A stretch of 64,000 bases of DNA from Octopus vulgaris (GCA_951406725.2 OX597818.1:5890001-5954000); one strand, 5' to 3'; shown: positions 1-13,690, counted from the stretch's first letter. The notes: generated by a model not told the origin, from the letters alone. Made by a program: numbers and translations.

Positions 1-845
1 ACGCAATGGTCAACCGCAGGTTATAACAGTACGTCAAGATCACCACCAGCATCGACAGCACTTTGAGGACCAATTCGGGAGGGTAACGAAATCAGCTAGT
101 CAGATCACAGGGGCTCACCACAGACCCATTTGTACAGAGACAGTTTTTCCCCAGCTAAGATATTTCAATCTGTCTTGTCGACATCCGGCTAGGGGCCCCA
201 TCATCACAGATGGTCATCGATGGGCACGTTTACAGTGGGCTCATAAACGTCAGAACTGACGATATCAGCAGTAGAAGACTGTAGTCTTCTCTGAGAAAAA
301 AGTTGTTATTACATTTCTATGGTAGATGGCAGAGCTAGGGTTTGGAGAAAGAGTGAACGTCATGCCGATAGCTATGTGGTAGAGAGAGACTCACTGGGAG
401 GACAGAATATCATGTTATGGGGCGGGATTGCACTCAACTAGAACCTTGGATCGATGGTCTTCTAAAACATCGACCAAGGCCGGGCCAATGGTGTAACCGC
501 TTCTAGCTACATCGACCAAATTTTGAGGCCTCACATTATGTCATATTTTGCCCGTCATCGGAATCACATATTCCAACACAATAACGCCCATGCTCATACT
601 GCCAGGCTGACAGCAGACTTTCTTCAGCAGCACAACATCAAGAAACTGAAATTGCCTGCCGTAATAGAGCACCTTTGGGATGAAATCCAAAGAAGGCTAA
701 ATGGCATTCGTCCAAGGCCGACAAATACGGCACAACTCACTGCAAGCTTTAACAGTGTGGGCTGCTATCCCCATGACCTTTATCAATTATTTGCTGCATT
801 CAATGTACAGAACCTGCCCGACGGTAATCAACGCTGACTGCGATC
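1..845 (+). mobile_element. Decayed Tc1-family transposase remnant, 5' end outside the window
   Basis: Manual translation gives RNGQPQVITVRQD...CTETV...GPIITDGHRWARLQWA...*KTVVFSE, DGRARVWRK, IMLWGGI, FQHNNAHAHTA and IEHLWDEIQRRL, all Tc1 motifs, with stops and frameshifts. Confidence 0.85.
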
Positions 846-879
846 ACACGATCCGTTGGGTTAATCTCTTTGGTTCCAA

Positions 880-1225
880 GACACTCCGTTTGCCTTCAAA
901 CAGAACGGAGGGTGTTTTTTCTTTATCTTTCTCGACCAGATTTAGTTAGAACATCTCTCTGGTGTATCTGATATTGCTGTTAGGGATTTGGCCCTGTTCT
1001 TTCCAGACACCGAGAGTTATTTCATTAGATCGTGAGCAGATTTTCCCGCAAAAACGTCTGGTTCTACATCCCATGACGAGAATTTTCACTCGGAATTTCC
1101 TTCCTCCCAGCTTACCCTTCAGACTGTCATATTTTTCACTGTTGAACACAAGTGCTTCTTCTGTTCTACTTTCAACCGGGACGGTAAATTCTATCAAAAT
1201 CAGTTGCAGCCTATTGGAGAAAGGT
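880..1225 (-). mobile_element. Possible C-terminal remnant of a restriction-like endonuclease (RLE) from a HERO/NeSL-type non-LTR retrotransposon
   Basis: LILIEFTVPVESRTEEA...EKYDSL...VMGCR resembles the ILIELTVPWEERIEEA..K.KY...VEVGCRG pattern of these LINEs; degenerate. Confidence 0.4.
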
Positions 1226-2976
1226 ACAAATAATAGTTTATTAAAGAACAAGAGTTTAGATATTACATTTACCAGTATCTATCTTATCAAAAATGTGTAA
1301 AATTTGTGCCTTAATTACAATGTGAGAATATTTAATTTTATATTACATGCATCATAGCAAAGTTACCGATCTCATTTACTCTGTTATATTGTTAGTGTTA
1401 CTCGGATATAGACAAACAAGTTTTATAACTATTCTAGCTTAGCGCTTATTTACATTTCTATATTCCATCAAACGAGATTAATCATATATCGCTGATTCAG
1501 TTCTATGGATTTAGTAATAAGCATTTTAACAAGGAGAAAACAAAATGTAGTTATTGATAAATTATGATCAAACTTTGGCAATATTCAGCATAGATCTTCT
1601 AGATTTGCGTCAGCTATGACAGTAGGGGCCAAAAGGCAAGCAAGCATACAAGATAAACATCAACAACAAATAAGCAAATTTATGATATAAAGATACAATA
1701 AATTTGTATCGATGTCTTTATAAGTACGTGTTCATACGCAAACACAATTATATACATGTGTTTATATACACATACGCACCCTTACACGCATATACACTCT
1801 CATGTATGAGTAGAAAGACTGATAAATTATAAAGGCACAAAAAGTACATTCATATGAAAAGTTTGATATTCAAATTACACGATGTAATTAAGTAATTAAC
1901 TTTACAGCTTTTTCAGATACTCGATGACTGGCGGACAAAACCATGCATATTATGCATAGAAGACCAATATCGAGTGAATAGTGTAGGAATACGTAAAAGC
2001 AAAGGACAAGTGTGAACGAACGCGTATTTTGATAGCTCTATGCAGTTAGTAGCGTTATCCTCATCAGAAGACCCGGGCTAAAGGCTCAATACATCGTGTA
2101 ATTTGTATCTGAAACTTTTCAGAAAAATGCATTCCTTATGCTTGTTATTGTTGGTCAGTCTGTTTATTTACATATCTGCTGGATAATGGTCGTTCTTACA
2201 GCCAACTCTCTACCTCCGTAATATTTATCCCTTATGAAGAAGTGCAAGTTTAAGATTCCGTTTCCTATTAATATTTTTATAATCTAACATAACTGAATTT
2301 CGAACAGGCGTACAACACTCATTAATACTTTCGGGATTTCAATAGCAATCGTCAATGAAATAATGTCGGAAAACTCTTAGTATGAAGAGATTTCTGTGTG
2401 GAAGAAGCAGTAACGGATTCCATCGTATCCTCGATTTAACTTCATTCTAAGTTGAGAGGAATCAAGTAAATGTCTGCAGCATTGTTATGCAGTGTTGTTT
2501 ATAACCTAAACTGATAAGGTATTTCTGAGTGCTTCATGGATATTCAGTGTGACCTGCAAAACTTGAACGGCCTGGCGTTCTCAGAAATGAAATAATAGCT
2601 CCTTGCGAGTAGCTTATACTTTTACGTAGTTTGTGCTCATTAAAATTACTTTCCAAATATTGTTTTTCTCGAAATATGAGGTGATATTTTATTGGGTCGC
2701 TCTCTCGCATATGTAAGATCCGTTCTGAGAGGTCGCTCCAAATCAACTATAAATGAAAATCCCGCCCATGTATACTGTAAAGATTTCGTAATTGCAATTT
2801 ATTTCCCTTCATAGGAATTTCTAAGAGAAAACTGAACAAGGAATTGCAGGCGACAAGAGTATGTGGGACCGATGCAACTCTCATTTCCCGTGAACATCGA
2901 TGTGTTTGATTTAACAACAGTGTGATTAAGAACAGTGCAACAAATATTCATATATATATATATATATATACACATC

Positions 2977-3049
<73 letters not shown>

Positions 3050-3252
3050 CCCAATACATTAAATATAAATTTAAGTGTTCACTTTCGGACTCTTTCACTC
3101 TGTGAGAGCCTCAGTTCAAATCGCACGTGTCTTGAATGGGCTGGAGTATTTCTATTTTGGATGTATTTGGGGTACTTAGTTGTGCTCATGACTTAGTGTT
3201 TAGCTTCTTCCATGGGTATGAGTAAGTATCTCATTTATTTCTTTGCCACGTT

Positions 3253-3305
3253 TATCACTGACGAAGGGACGGTTCTTACGAACTAACCCTGAAATCGGTC
3301 CGATA
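3253..3305 (+). ncRNA. Type I hammerhead ribozyme (slightly decayed) in a PLE pseudo-LTR-like fragment (~3047-3540) between (TA)n tracts
   Basis: tatca-CTGACGA-AGGG...CCCT-GAAA-tcg-GTC-cgata; stem I tatc/gata, stem II AGGG/CCCT. Confidence 0.7.
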
Positions 3306-3546
3306 TGGTAATAATGGAATTTTTAGAGATTTCTGTCGGCTTTTTTTCGAGTGGCGTGCGTATTGTGAAAAATGATATGTTAATGGACAATATGTCCAAT
3401 TTTCGGCATATTTGGCATTAGAAATTTTTTCGTTTGCCCTTATTTATAAGTTGTTTATAATTTTAACCTTTAAAGGTATTTTTTAATATGCTGGCCATTG
3501 ATAAAAATTTTTTTTCGAAAAATATTTTATCCTACATTAAATATAA

Positions 3547-3589
<43 letters not shown>

Positions 3590-3594
<5 letters not shown>

Positions 3595-3800
3595 CACCAC
3601 GTGTGTACCGTTGGCGATTTTTTTCCTCTGTCTTCCCTTCTCTGGATCTTTCCTTCTCCTATGTTTCCGACGAAGAGCTCCGCTCGAAACAGTAAACCCT
3701 CCATCTTTCCTTCTTTCCTGAGCGTCCAATAATACTATATTTGTTCCACGTCCTGTGTTGTTGTGTTTTTTTGTGCTTTCATGTTTGGGTTAACTTTATA
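3590..3800 (+). mobile_element. PLE pseudo-LTR fragment (family A) with minimal HHR at ~3663-3697
   Basis: gttt-CCGACGA-a-GAGC tcc GCTC-GAAAC-agtaaac; close homolog at 4735-4915; flanked by (TA)n. Confidence 0.7.
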
Positions 3801-3821
3801 TATATATATGTATGTATATAT

Positions 3822-4598
3822 ATAACAAAGTGGAGTTGTAGGGTACCGCACGAGTGGAATTATATACGAAAGAAGGTTTGAAAATGCAATTTAAAAGATG
3901 TATATTTACTTTGCCGGTTTCACTCTTTGGAGAAAGTTTGTCAAAAGTAACATGTAGAAGTTTGGTTGCGTTAATTATTGGTTGTTACAAATTGCTACAT
4001 TACATATATACAGTCTTTGGTAACAGGGACATGTTAAGGACATAAAAAAAGTTCAACAAGTTCCTTAAAATATTGGACACAAAAGATTACTACATAAATA
4101 TACATTCTCAAGGACATGCTTAAGATAGTTTCCAGGAGGAATTGATATTGGTATTGGTATTGTATCTGTATATTCAAACATGCACAGAATATTTGTTGAC
4201 ACAGAGTACTACAATTCATATAAATATACATTCTTTGGTGACAAGAGCATGTTGAGAATATAAAAAAGTTTAACAAGCTCATTGAAATATTGGGCACAAA
4301 AGATTACAACAAATATATTATACATTCTCAAGATAATTTCCAGAAGGAATTATTAAAAAAGTTCAGTAAATATTGGTGTACACGTACAGAATATTATGAG
4401 TTCAAAAAGGTTTACATTATTTTTATGTCCTTAACATGTCCCTGTTACCAAAGACTGCATGCGTAATGTAGCAATTGTAACAACCAATAATTAACGCAAC
4501 CAAACTTCTACATGTTACTTTTGACAATCTTTTTCCAAAGAGTGAAACCGGTAAAGTAAATAAACATCTTTTAAATTTTATTTTCAAACCTTCTTTCG

Positions 4599-4603
<5 letters not shown>
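3822..4603. repeat. Fold-back element: inverted arms 3862-4047 and 4421-4603, spacer of degenerate tandem repeats, decayed HHR at 4515-4559
   Basis: Arms are reverse complements with scattered substitutions; ttactt-TTGACAA-tcttt ttcc aaaga-gt-GAAAC-cg-GTA-aagtaa; bounded by (TA)n. Confidence 0.85.
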
Positions 4604-4646
<43 letters not shown>

Positions 4647-4650
4647 TATT

Positions 4651-4709
<59 letters not shown>

Positions 4710-4734
4710 GATCTTTTGAGTACTACCAGCAAAA

Positions 4735-4915
4735 ATATTTTTTTCCTCTGTCTTCCCTTCTCGGTATCTTTCCTTCTCCTTGTTTCCGACGAAGAGCTCT
4801 GCTCGAAACGTTAAAGCCTCCTTCCCTTCTTTCCTGAGCGTCAAATAATACTTTAATTGTTCCACGTTCTCGCCTTGCTGTGTTTTTTTCTGTGTTTTCT
4901 TGTTTAGATTAACTA
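4735..4915 (+). mobile_element. PLE pseudo-LTR fragment (family A) with minimal HHR at ~4782-4816
   Basis: gttt-CCGACGA-a-GAGC tct GCTC-GAAAC-GTT-aaag; homolog of 3590-3800. Confidence 0.7.
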
Positions 4916-5262
4916 TACCACCCGCCTCACTAGCACCCACCATCGACTCTATCCCATCATCCACTCCTTCACCTGCACCTCCAGCAATATTATCTATTGC
5001 GTCTCTTGCTCTCTCTGCAATTCCTTGTACATCGGACAAACGGGACGCCGTTTGGCTGACCGGTTCGCGGAACACCTTCGTGACATCCACCTTGCGAACG
5101 ACACACCGGTCTCACGCCATTTCCGCTCCACCGGTCACTCCTTGCAACACCTATCTGTGTTCGGTTTGTCCTTACACAGAGGCCATCCGGATTCCCGTTT
5201 GCGCCGTGAACAGGAATTAATCTTCTCTCTTCGCTCTTATACGCCATTTGGTCTCAACTCTC
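4916..5262 (+). pseudogene. 5'-truncated Penelope-like element, GIY-YIG endonuclease domain
   Basis: In frame: FTCTSSNIIYCVSCSLCNSLYIGQTGRRLADRFAEHLRDI...PVSRHF...REQELIFSLRSYTPFGLN, the hallmark PLE GIY-YIG C-terminus. Confidence 0.92.
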
Positions 5263-5925
5263 CCCCCTCCTCATCTAACCCCCTCTCCCCCTCCTCACCT
5301 ATCCTTCCCCCCCGGACCCCTACTTCTTCAGTCCTTCATCCTTTCAACCCTACTGCCCTTCCCTTCTTCCCTCTTTCTCCCTCCCTCCTTCCCTCTTCCC
5401 CTTCCCTCTGCTCCCTCACTCCCCTTCTCTCTCCCTCTCCCCCTCTTTCCTCCTTCCCCCTCCCCCTCCTCTCCTCTTCCCCCCTCTCCTCTCCCTCTTA
5501 TTCCCCTCCACTTCTCCCCCCCTTCTCCCCCTCCCCCTCTTCTCACTACACCACACGACTTTACACATCACATCATACTAATACATACACCAACTAATAC
5601 ATACTAATACGTACTAATACATACTAATACATACTAATACATACACCAACCCTATACATACACACGTCCAGGCCCCTCATACGCACTTATACTCTCTCAT
5701 ACACACACACACACACTTATACATACTAATACGTACTAATACATACTAATACATACTAATACATACACCAACCCCATACATACGCCTGTCCAGACCTATC
5801 CTACGCACTAATACTCTCTCATACACACACACACACACACACACCCTTATACATACTAATACATACTAATACATACACCAACCCTATACATACACACGTC
5901 CAAACCCCTCCTACGCACTAATAGG
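5263..5925. repeat. Polypyrimidine tract (5263-5545) followed by ATACATACTA-type minisatellite and (CA)n, in the PLE 3' region
   Basis: C/T-only runs and tandem 10-mers are directly visible. Confidence 0.9.
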
Positions 5926-6093
5926 TGGTCATTCAACCCTATAATCAACCCTATTATCTCCTCTTATTTCACTCTCGCGTCTCATGTTTGATCTTTGACT
6001 TCTGGCTGAAATTAGATCGCCATGTTGATTCGTTAGTTACTGCACGCATTTTTTTTCTCTCCTTCTTTCTGTGTTTTTTTCTCTCTCTGTGTA

Positions 6094-6131
6094 TCTTTCT
6101 GTTGAAGAGCGTAGGCTCGAAACGTTAAAGA
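6094..6131 (+). ncRNA. Minimal HHR-like motif (family B, core CTGTTGA) in the 3' pseudo-LTR (~6000-6230) of the PLE at 4916
   Basis: tcttt-CTGTTGA-a-GAGC gtag GCTC-GAAAC-GTT-aaaga; 5-bp stem I; homolog at 33116-33153 (-). Confidence 0.65.
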
Positions 6132-6228
6132 CTTGTTTTATTTATATTTCCTGAGCGCCATACTAATACAATTGTTTGTTTGTTTTCCACCTGCCTTCGT
6201 CTTTTGTCTATTTTCATAAAGCTTCCCG

Positions 6229-6274
<46 letters not shown>

Positions 6275-6507
6275 ATGTATGTATGTGTGTGCGTAAATAT
6301 GTATGAATATATGTGTGTGTATGTGTGTACATGCACAAACACGAAACTACTTATCTAAATATTAATCTTCATGAATGTTTTTCACCTTAGTATTTGAAAT
6401 ATTGTGTTTCATTAATATTTTTTTACTTTTATTCATTCTCGAACCGGATGGGCATATAAAACAAACCAGCTGACACAAAAAGTCTCTAGTGAGACATCTT
6501 TACCAAT

Positions 6508-6551
6508 GTACCTGAAGAGGCCCAAACGAAACATACGTTGCACCGAATAAA
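6508..6551 (+). ncRNA. Decayed HHR-like motif followed by AATAAA
   Basis: gtac-CTGAAGA-ggcccaaac-GAAAC-atac-GTT-gcac..AATAAA; stem II poorly paired. Confidence 0.4.
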
Positions 6552-6614
6552 GTCTCATGCGAAATCTATCTCCTACTATTAGTTAACACTATATATATAT
6601 ATATATATATATAT

Positions 6615-7227
6615 AGTACGTTTAAATATTTGTTGTGCAAGATTTTTTATGTGAAGTCGTGTGTTGAAACAGATATTGTTATATTTCGGAATGGTCATTT
6701 TGCCAGTTTAGCCAATAAAAATACACGCACTATATATTTGGTGTTACTTTGCTTCAGTGTTATTTATTGTTTACATAAATCTTAATCTTATTTCGGCCAG
6801 AGTTCTTTCGTCACACTCCTCTGACCGCATCAGTGGTCCTTTGTTTTCTTCTCACTTATTTGTGTCTCTCCTTACTAACCGTCAGCCATTTTGTATTTCT
6901 ATTGTATGTCTTCATTTGCGCATGCTTATATCTCTATGTGTGTTTATGTTTATTTAGTGTGCGTATGTGTGGGATGCCTGTAATATTTGTATCTTCTGTT
7001 TATATATGTTCATGTAATTTGTAATTTTATATGTTCATGTAATTTGTAATTTGTATTTTGTTTTTTGTTTTTTGTTTTTTGTTGTTTTTTGTTTTTGTTT
7101 TTGTTTTTGTTGTTTTTGTTTATTCTTATTTTGTTCATGTGTTTACATCCACCCATTATTATCATTACATATGCTTGTATGTATGTATAACAACAATGCT
7201 ACTAATAATAATAATAAATTCAATCGA

Positions 7228-7268
<41 letters not shown>

Positions 7269-7279
7269 CATATACATAT

Positions 7280-7310
<31 letters not shown>

Positions 7311-7662
7311 GTTATTTATTTATTTATCTGTGTATTTATTATGTTTTCAGGATCCTCTATCGTCATATGTTGTGGTGTGAGTTAGTGCTCCATTCTAGTT
7401 TTCTATTCAGGCTAGGTTTATTTTCTATTATGTGTGTAGCTTCTGTAATTTGTCTAATTGTTGCATCTGATCTATGTGTGGATAATATTTTAATTTCTAT
7501 GTTATTGATTGATCCCCCGTGTGACGAAAGAACTCTGGCCGAAATAAGATTAAGATTAATGTAAAAAATAAATAACACTGAAGCAAAGTAACACCAAATA
7601 TATAGTGCGTGTGTTTTTATTGGCTAAACTGGCAAAATGACCATTCCGAAATATAACAATAT
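6615..7662 (-). mobile_element. PLE 3' fragment with inverted terminal arms (6673-6816 and 7519-7662)
   Basis: Arms are near-identical reverse complements; minus strand encodes IKILSTHRSDATIRQITEATHIIENKPSLNRKLEW (GIY-YIG C-terminus-like); decayed HHR-like CTGATGC-GGTCAGAG...CTCTGGCC-GAAA at ~6790-6833 (-). Confidence 0.75.
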
Positions 7663-7680
7663 ATATATAACAATATATAT

Positions 7681-7750
<70 letters not shown>

Positions 7751-7754
<4 letters not shown>

Positions 7755-8994
7755 GATGTTACAGATGAATTGAGACCAATCTTAATCAGTTGACTTAATG
7801 GGTTAAACATTTCAGTATTTGACAAAACCTTGCTTGCTTCAAAATCTAATTAGCCTCTTTAATTTTCAGGTAAATAGCGAACTGATTCGACAACAAAGAG
7901 TCATGGTACAATAGAATCGTCCAGCCATTGTTATTTTAGCGAGCGCTGGGCACACTGCCAATAAAAATGTTAAGTTGACGAAACTTCTAAAGTCGAATGT
8001 TTATTGTGTGTATGAACAATTTAAAAAAGAAGGGAAGATTGAGAGAAAGGAACACATGATTCGAAGTGATTCCAAGCGCACTTCAAAGTTTCTCATTGGC
8101 CTCAAACGCTCAATTGAGGCCAACCCATCTACATCCAGGACTTACAAAGAACGCAATGTGTCCATTTCCTCGGTATTCAGAGCTGTGAACAGGAAGCTTA
8201 GCATGTCAAGCTATCTTCGACGACGACGTCACCTCTTAACAGCCAAGGCCAAAGCAATCAGAGCCGAGATATGGCAAGAGCTTGTCATTCATCAAGTATT
8301 AACGTGCAGGAAAAAACATCTCGTGTTTGTGGACGCTGGGGTGATCGCAGTAATTCTCGAGTTATTGCATAGAAGAACCCTTATGAAGTCCCCTCTGCGG
8401 TTGAGACTAAAAATCTTGCCTCTGTAATAGTATTTGGAGCCGTGGAGTATTATGGAAGTGACATGGACACACACTTCATTGAGTCTGGTTTCAAGATCGG
8501 CACAAAGGAGCAGCTGGACATACTGAAGGACACTCTATTATCTCGGATGGAGCAGATGTTTGGGCTTGCCAGTGTAAGGTTTATCCAGGATTTTTCACCA
8601 TGCCATGCGTCAAAAGAACACAGGCCTTCCTTCGTGAGAAGGTGCCATATTTTGTGAGGGTCAACATCTGGCCCAGTAACAGCCCAGATCTCAACTTACT
8701 CTATTTATTTTTATGAGACGTACTTCAAGCAAGGAAGAATGCTCCACTACATCCGTGCGTCAACAGTTTGAAGATATCCATCGTGCGTGCGACACGCAAA
8801 ATCAAAAAGGTGGAGGTTGTGGTAGATGTAAAAAAAATTCCTTTACGTGTGGAAGGTCGGCCATATGGAATGATAAATATTTTTGTTGTAATAAATGTTA
8901 CAATCAAATTAAATCTGTCTACTACCATTGTTTTAGTATTTATAACTAGTTCTATGCATCGTAAATTTGTCTCAATATATTTGCAGATCGCTGT
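7751..8994 (+). mobile_element. Degenerate full-length Tc1/mariner-superfamily transposon (maT/DD37D-like)
   Basis: Imperfect TIRs acaggatgttacagatgaattgagac / gtctcaatatatttgcagatcgctgt within (TA)n; peptides KRSIEANPSTS, SYLRRRRHLLTAKAK, FIQDFSPCHASK, WPSNSPDLN. Confidence 0.8.
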
Positions 8995-8996
8995 GG

Positions 8997-9068
<72 letters not shown>

Positions 9069-9166
9069 TATTAATTAGAGACAAAACCGCTATTATGCAA
9101 ATCAAACAAAGAAAGACTTAATCCAATACATAAAAATTTTATATAAATTAAATAAAATTAAATTAG

Positions 9167-9212
9167 CCACTACAATTGTTTCGTGTCTCTTCTAAGGACA
9201 TTCATCAGGTGG
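9167..9212 (-). ncRNA. Canonical type I hammerhead ribozyme in a PLE-like fragment (9069-9812; 39-bp inverted arms 9069-9107 and 9692-9730)
   Basis: Minus strand: ccac-CTGATGA-aTGTCc ttagaag aGACAc-GAAAC-aatt-GTA-gtgg. Confidence 0.85.
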
Positions 9213-9807
9213 TTTTCAGATCTAAAAATAATCAATATTTTTTAGATATAAATTTAAAATGACTAAAAAATATAAATAATATAAATTTATCAATGAAAAA
9301 ACATATATATAATCTATATATAATTATGAACTAAAATAACCTCTATAAACAATTGAATATAATGAAACCTAGTATTTAAGTTCTCATATTTAAAGATGAA
9401 GAATCTAATTTCAAAAAACAAAAAGCAAAAAATAAAATATATATACACACATGCTCATACACATATATCTAAGTATATATATAAACATATCTAAATACAT
9501 ACACTAACTCACACACCCATATATATATATCTATACATACACATAAACATCTAGGCAACGATAAATTAATAAAGTAGCCGTATACTTCTACACATTACTT
9601 ATTCATACTCCCACACACACACATACAACCCTCATTCATAAACACACTCACTCAGCATGACAACAACACAGAGGAAACACCACATCCAGCAGTTTGATTT
9701 GCATAATAGTGGTTTTGTCTCTAATTAATATTATATAATATTTTGCTATAAAATTGGATTCAATCCTAAATCTGATTTTTCCCTGTAAATTTGGATTTAT
9801 TCCCTAA

Positions 9808-9868
<61 letters not shown>

Positions 9869-10339
9869 GAGGTGTGTGGATGTATGGGTGTGTGAATGCA
9901 ATTAGTTGTATGTGCGTAGCTGTATGTATGTGCTTGTGAATACGTGTGCGTTAGTGCCTGTTAGATAAGTGCGGACGCGAAAAAGCATTTATTATGCGAC
10001 GCGCGTGTATACGCATGGAGAAAGCTATGCGTGTGTATGCGTTTATATGATGTTTTTATTTATGTATACGGGTGTGATGTATGCGAGCGTAGTTAGGTGA
10101 ACGTATGCGTGTGAGCGTGTGAGTATTTGTGTCTGTGTGGATGGTGGAGCATATACGTGTATGTATGAGGGCGTGCGTTTGTGTGACGTGTTTGTACATA
10201 TAGGTGTTTGCATGTGCAAGCATATGTACCTGCGTGTGTGTATGCGTACGTGTGATTATGTGTGGAGGTGTGGGTGTTTATATGTTTTAATTGATCTGTA
10301 CATGCCCCTATGTGAAGGCGAAATTAGGGGTTTGTAGGA

Positions 10340-11500
10340 GAGTCATAATGTTGTGGTCGGTCTGGTTGGTGGTTAGTAGCCCTTTTTCTTGGTAGCACAG
10401 CTGCTAGAGTAGAGGAGTGGGCGATGTTAAGGTGGTATTTCAGGATTGTCGGCAGCCAGGAGGACGTAGCAATGCAGGAAACAATAGCATTGTTTCTATT
10501 CTCTCTTGATAGATACTGCAGATTGAAGGAGGATGTACAATCTTGCACGGAGGAAGAGCTGGCAATTGCGAGCCCTGTTTACGATATTCCATTCGATACT
10601 AGGGGGTTCATTCAGAAATCACCGAGCCACTAGAGTAAACGAAACAAAGTATTGGCTTTCCCTCTATATCTGTATCTGAGCCAGTGCATGTACTGTATAT
10701 ATCTTCCCTTGAAAACGTTGGCTGTCATACCCGTGTATACCTTTGGATAGGGTGAAAGTGGCTCTTTAGAATACAACTCTTAAAAGCCAGTATCCTCCTA
10801 AAGCTCAGCTAGCAGTGTTTCTGGAGTTATAGACTGGTGTTGTGAGTTGTGGAGGTGTATGTTTGTGTATCTTGTAGCATGCGATATTAGAAGTGATGCT
10901 ATCAAAGCAGTAGTAGCTGACGTCGATGTTATGTGGGTTAAAGAGCTTGTAGTACTTGTGACAACTATGGAAATGCTCGTTAAATTCTCGGCGAACACAA
11001 TCCTAGTCAGAACATCATTGTAGTGTCCCTTTCAACAGAGAGCTTGGATATTCTTTTATTAACGCTTGAGATCGTTTCCTATTGCAGCTTTCTTTAAGGG
11101 TAGTACTTACACTTATCCAAGTCTAAGGATACGTCCAAGAACACGACCATGGTCAGGTTGGTGGTAACCATCATAGAAAGACCGAATTCCTTGACTATTT
11201 TAAGTAGGTCCTTCTTGAACTTGTCCATGGCGTGGTCGTTTATATGGCTTGAGATGTCCAAGCCACTAAAATTCATGGTATCCAGAATGCGCTTACAAAG
11301 AATATCTATAAATCACTTTTTGAGGGTTTGATCAGTCTGCAAATGGGGCTGCAGAAGAAATTAGGTTTATGGTCCTTAAGTATAATGTGGGGTGTTACAT
11401 GGCCAGGCGATCCTCATGATCCTCAATGTTAAGGACGTGTATGAACCTCATTAGCTTACAGCTATCTCAGCTTTATCATGCAGTGGCATCAATAGCATCC
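10340..11500 (-). mobile_element. Decayed Penelope-like element (Nematis-like RT and GIY-YIG fragments)
   Basis: DKFKKDLLKIVKEFGLSMMVTTNLTMVVFLDVSLDLDKCKYYP (PLE RT FLD motif region) and YTGMTANVFKGRY (GIY-YIG-like). Confidence 0.7.
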
Positions 11501-11795
11501 TATAGCTTCGTCGGAATCTCGAATATGAAGTACAATACACAGACAAGGCATTACGTTTAAGATGTATACGAAAAAGAGTACGTCCAAAAGGCAATTAGAT
11601 TTACAAAGATATATATGTATATATACACACGCACGCACGCAAAAACGCACGTAGATGCCCCTCCACACACACACACAACGCACAGATACACATACAGAGG
11701 TATATATATATATAGGTATATATATACATAGGTATATATATATATATATATATATACGAGAGTGCATGTATGTGTGTATATATGCGGATGTGTAC

Positions 11796-11834
<39 letters not shown>

Positions 11835-11964
11835 GTCTTTTATTCTTTTATACGTTTCAGCTCTAAGGCTGCAGAACAGTATATATATATGCATGTGTGC
11901 GTGTTTGTGTGTTCGCGCGCGCGTGTATGTACACATCCGCATATATACACACATACATGCACTC

Positions 11965-12362
11965 TCGTAGGAGTGGCTGTGTGGTAAGTAGCTTGCTTAA
12001 CAACCACATGGTTCCGGGTTCAGTCCCACTGCGTGGCACCTTGGGCAAGTATCTTCTATTACAGCCTCGGGCCGACCAAAGCCTTGTGGGTGGATTTGGG
12101 AGACGGAAACTGAAAGAAGCCCGTCGTATATATGTATATACATACATACATATATATGTGTGTGCATATATGCTTGTGTGTCTGTATTTGTCCCCAAACA
12201 TCTCTTCACAACCGATACTAGTGTGTTTACGACCTCGTAACTTAGCGGTTCGGCAAAACAGATCGATAGAATAAGTCCTGGGGACGATTTGTTCGACTAA
12301 AGGCGGTGCTCCAGCATGGCCACAGTCAAATGAGCGTAACAAGTAAAAGAGTAAAAGAGAGA
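11965..12362 (+). mobile_element. tRNA-derived SINE
   Basis: A-box-like tggctgtgtggtaag and B-box-like gggttcagtcccac, simple-repeat tail; second copy at 58362-59042. Confidence 0.85.
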
Positions 12363-12571
12363 GTCACACATGCAAATACACATATGCAGACAGCAAAAAG
12401 AAAAAAAAGATGGAGGCAGAGGCCGATCTCCACACGCATTCATGTGTATATACAAAAACACCTACACAACACATACACATATATTCATATATACATACAC
12501 ACAGACATACATGTATACACGCACACAGACACATACATACATATATACATACACACACACATACACACACA

Positions 12572-12627
<56 letters not shown>

Positions 12628-12879
12628 CAGGCAGACATGTACATACACTCATAAAAACATATACGCACTGACAAAGATTCGTGAAGGAGAACGAGAACGT
12701 ATAAAGTCATTACATTTTTTAAAGAGATGTAAAAGGATTTTCGAAAAGTTGGACGTTATGGCTTGCATGTGAGTGTGAATGTGTGCATCTGTATGCTCGT
12801 GCGCGTGCGCATGTGTTCGTGTACTTATAAATAGTTTTTAGTAAGTGAAAGATAGTGTGATAACGTTTACGGACATAGA

Positions 12880-13690
12880 GACTGCTCCAGTCATCCTCAA
12901 CTGAAGACATATTGGGACTGAAAGATCTGCAAGAGTTCAAAAGGGCTCAAGATACATCGAGCTAGGTCTGACTGTTGAAAGGAGTCCCACAGTCACAGAA
13001 TATGGACAATAGGAAACCCTGTTGAGACATCATTAGCTGGGGAAGTGTTGGGAGTAAAATGTCACTTCGGAAAGCTCTGCAAGAATGCGAAATGGCTCAA
13101 GATACACCGAGCCAGGTCCTACTGTGGAAAAGAAAGGCCGCGAGTGCAGCGCACAGTGATAAAATCTGAAAAGACGCAGGAGAAGTCCAGACAGGAAGCA
13201 CCTCCTCAAAAGACTGGAAATTTTTCGTTAGTTGTGTCACCTCAAGTCTCCAGGAATGGCAACCCACCCAATACCACCCCAGAGGGCCAATCTCACTCAG
13301 CGAGAACTCGAATCAAATGGCCCAAGGTGAATGAGACAAAGGAATGGTAAAAAATTGACCAAGATCTTGACATAATATTCCTTCTACTGGATCGCAGGGA
13401 TGAGAGATGGCATCCATGGTTTTTCCGAGTCGAGGTTGGTTATTGGGGGTTTCCTGCTCAGTCGGCAGCCATTGGGATGGAAGGGAAATGGCGAAGGGTG
13501 GTTCTGTGCAGGATGGGAGAGGAGTTCAAAGAGCCAATTTTGGCATTGGAGCTAGAGAATGGTGTAAAACTGGAAGGATAAGGACTTGGCCACCTCTGCA
13601 TACTCACCAACGAGAGGTCGTTACGGTTCAGGGTCGAAATACCCAATGAACGTTGGAAGACACCAGTTCTTCCTTGTCGATCCTCCATTC
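12880..13690 (+). mobile_element. Internally deleted HERO/NeSL-type RLE LINE: N-terminal Zn-finger region joined to the C-terminus and 3' UTR
   Basis: CHFGKLCKNAKWLKIHRARSYC...QRT...RIKWPKVNETKEW*KIDQDLD, then WFFRVEVGYWGFPAQS; 3' end matches 60810-60845 (-). Confidence 0.75.

Noticed and set aside
2015-2078. Minus-strand CTGATGA with a stem II-like helix
   Set aside because: GAAAC is replaced by AAAAT and stem I does not pair; at best a very old relic.
3862-4603. A/G differences between palindrome arms as a trace of ADAR editing before integration
   Set aside because: Too few differences and of mixed types; compatible with ordinary decay.
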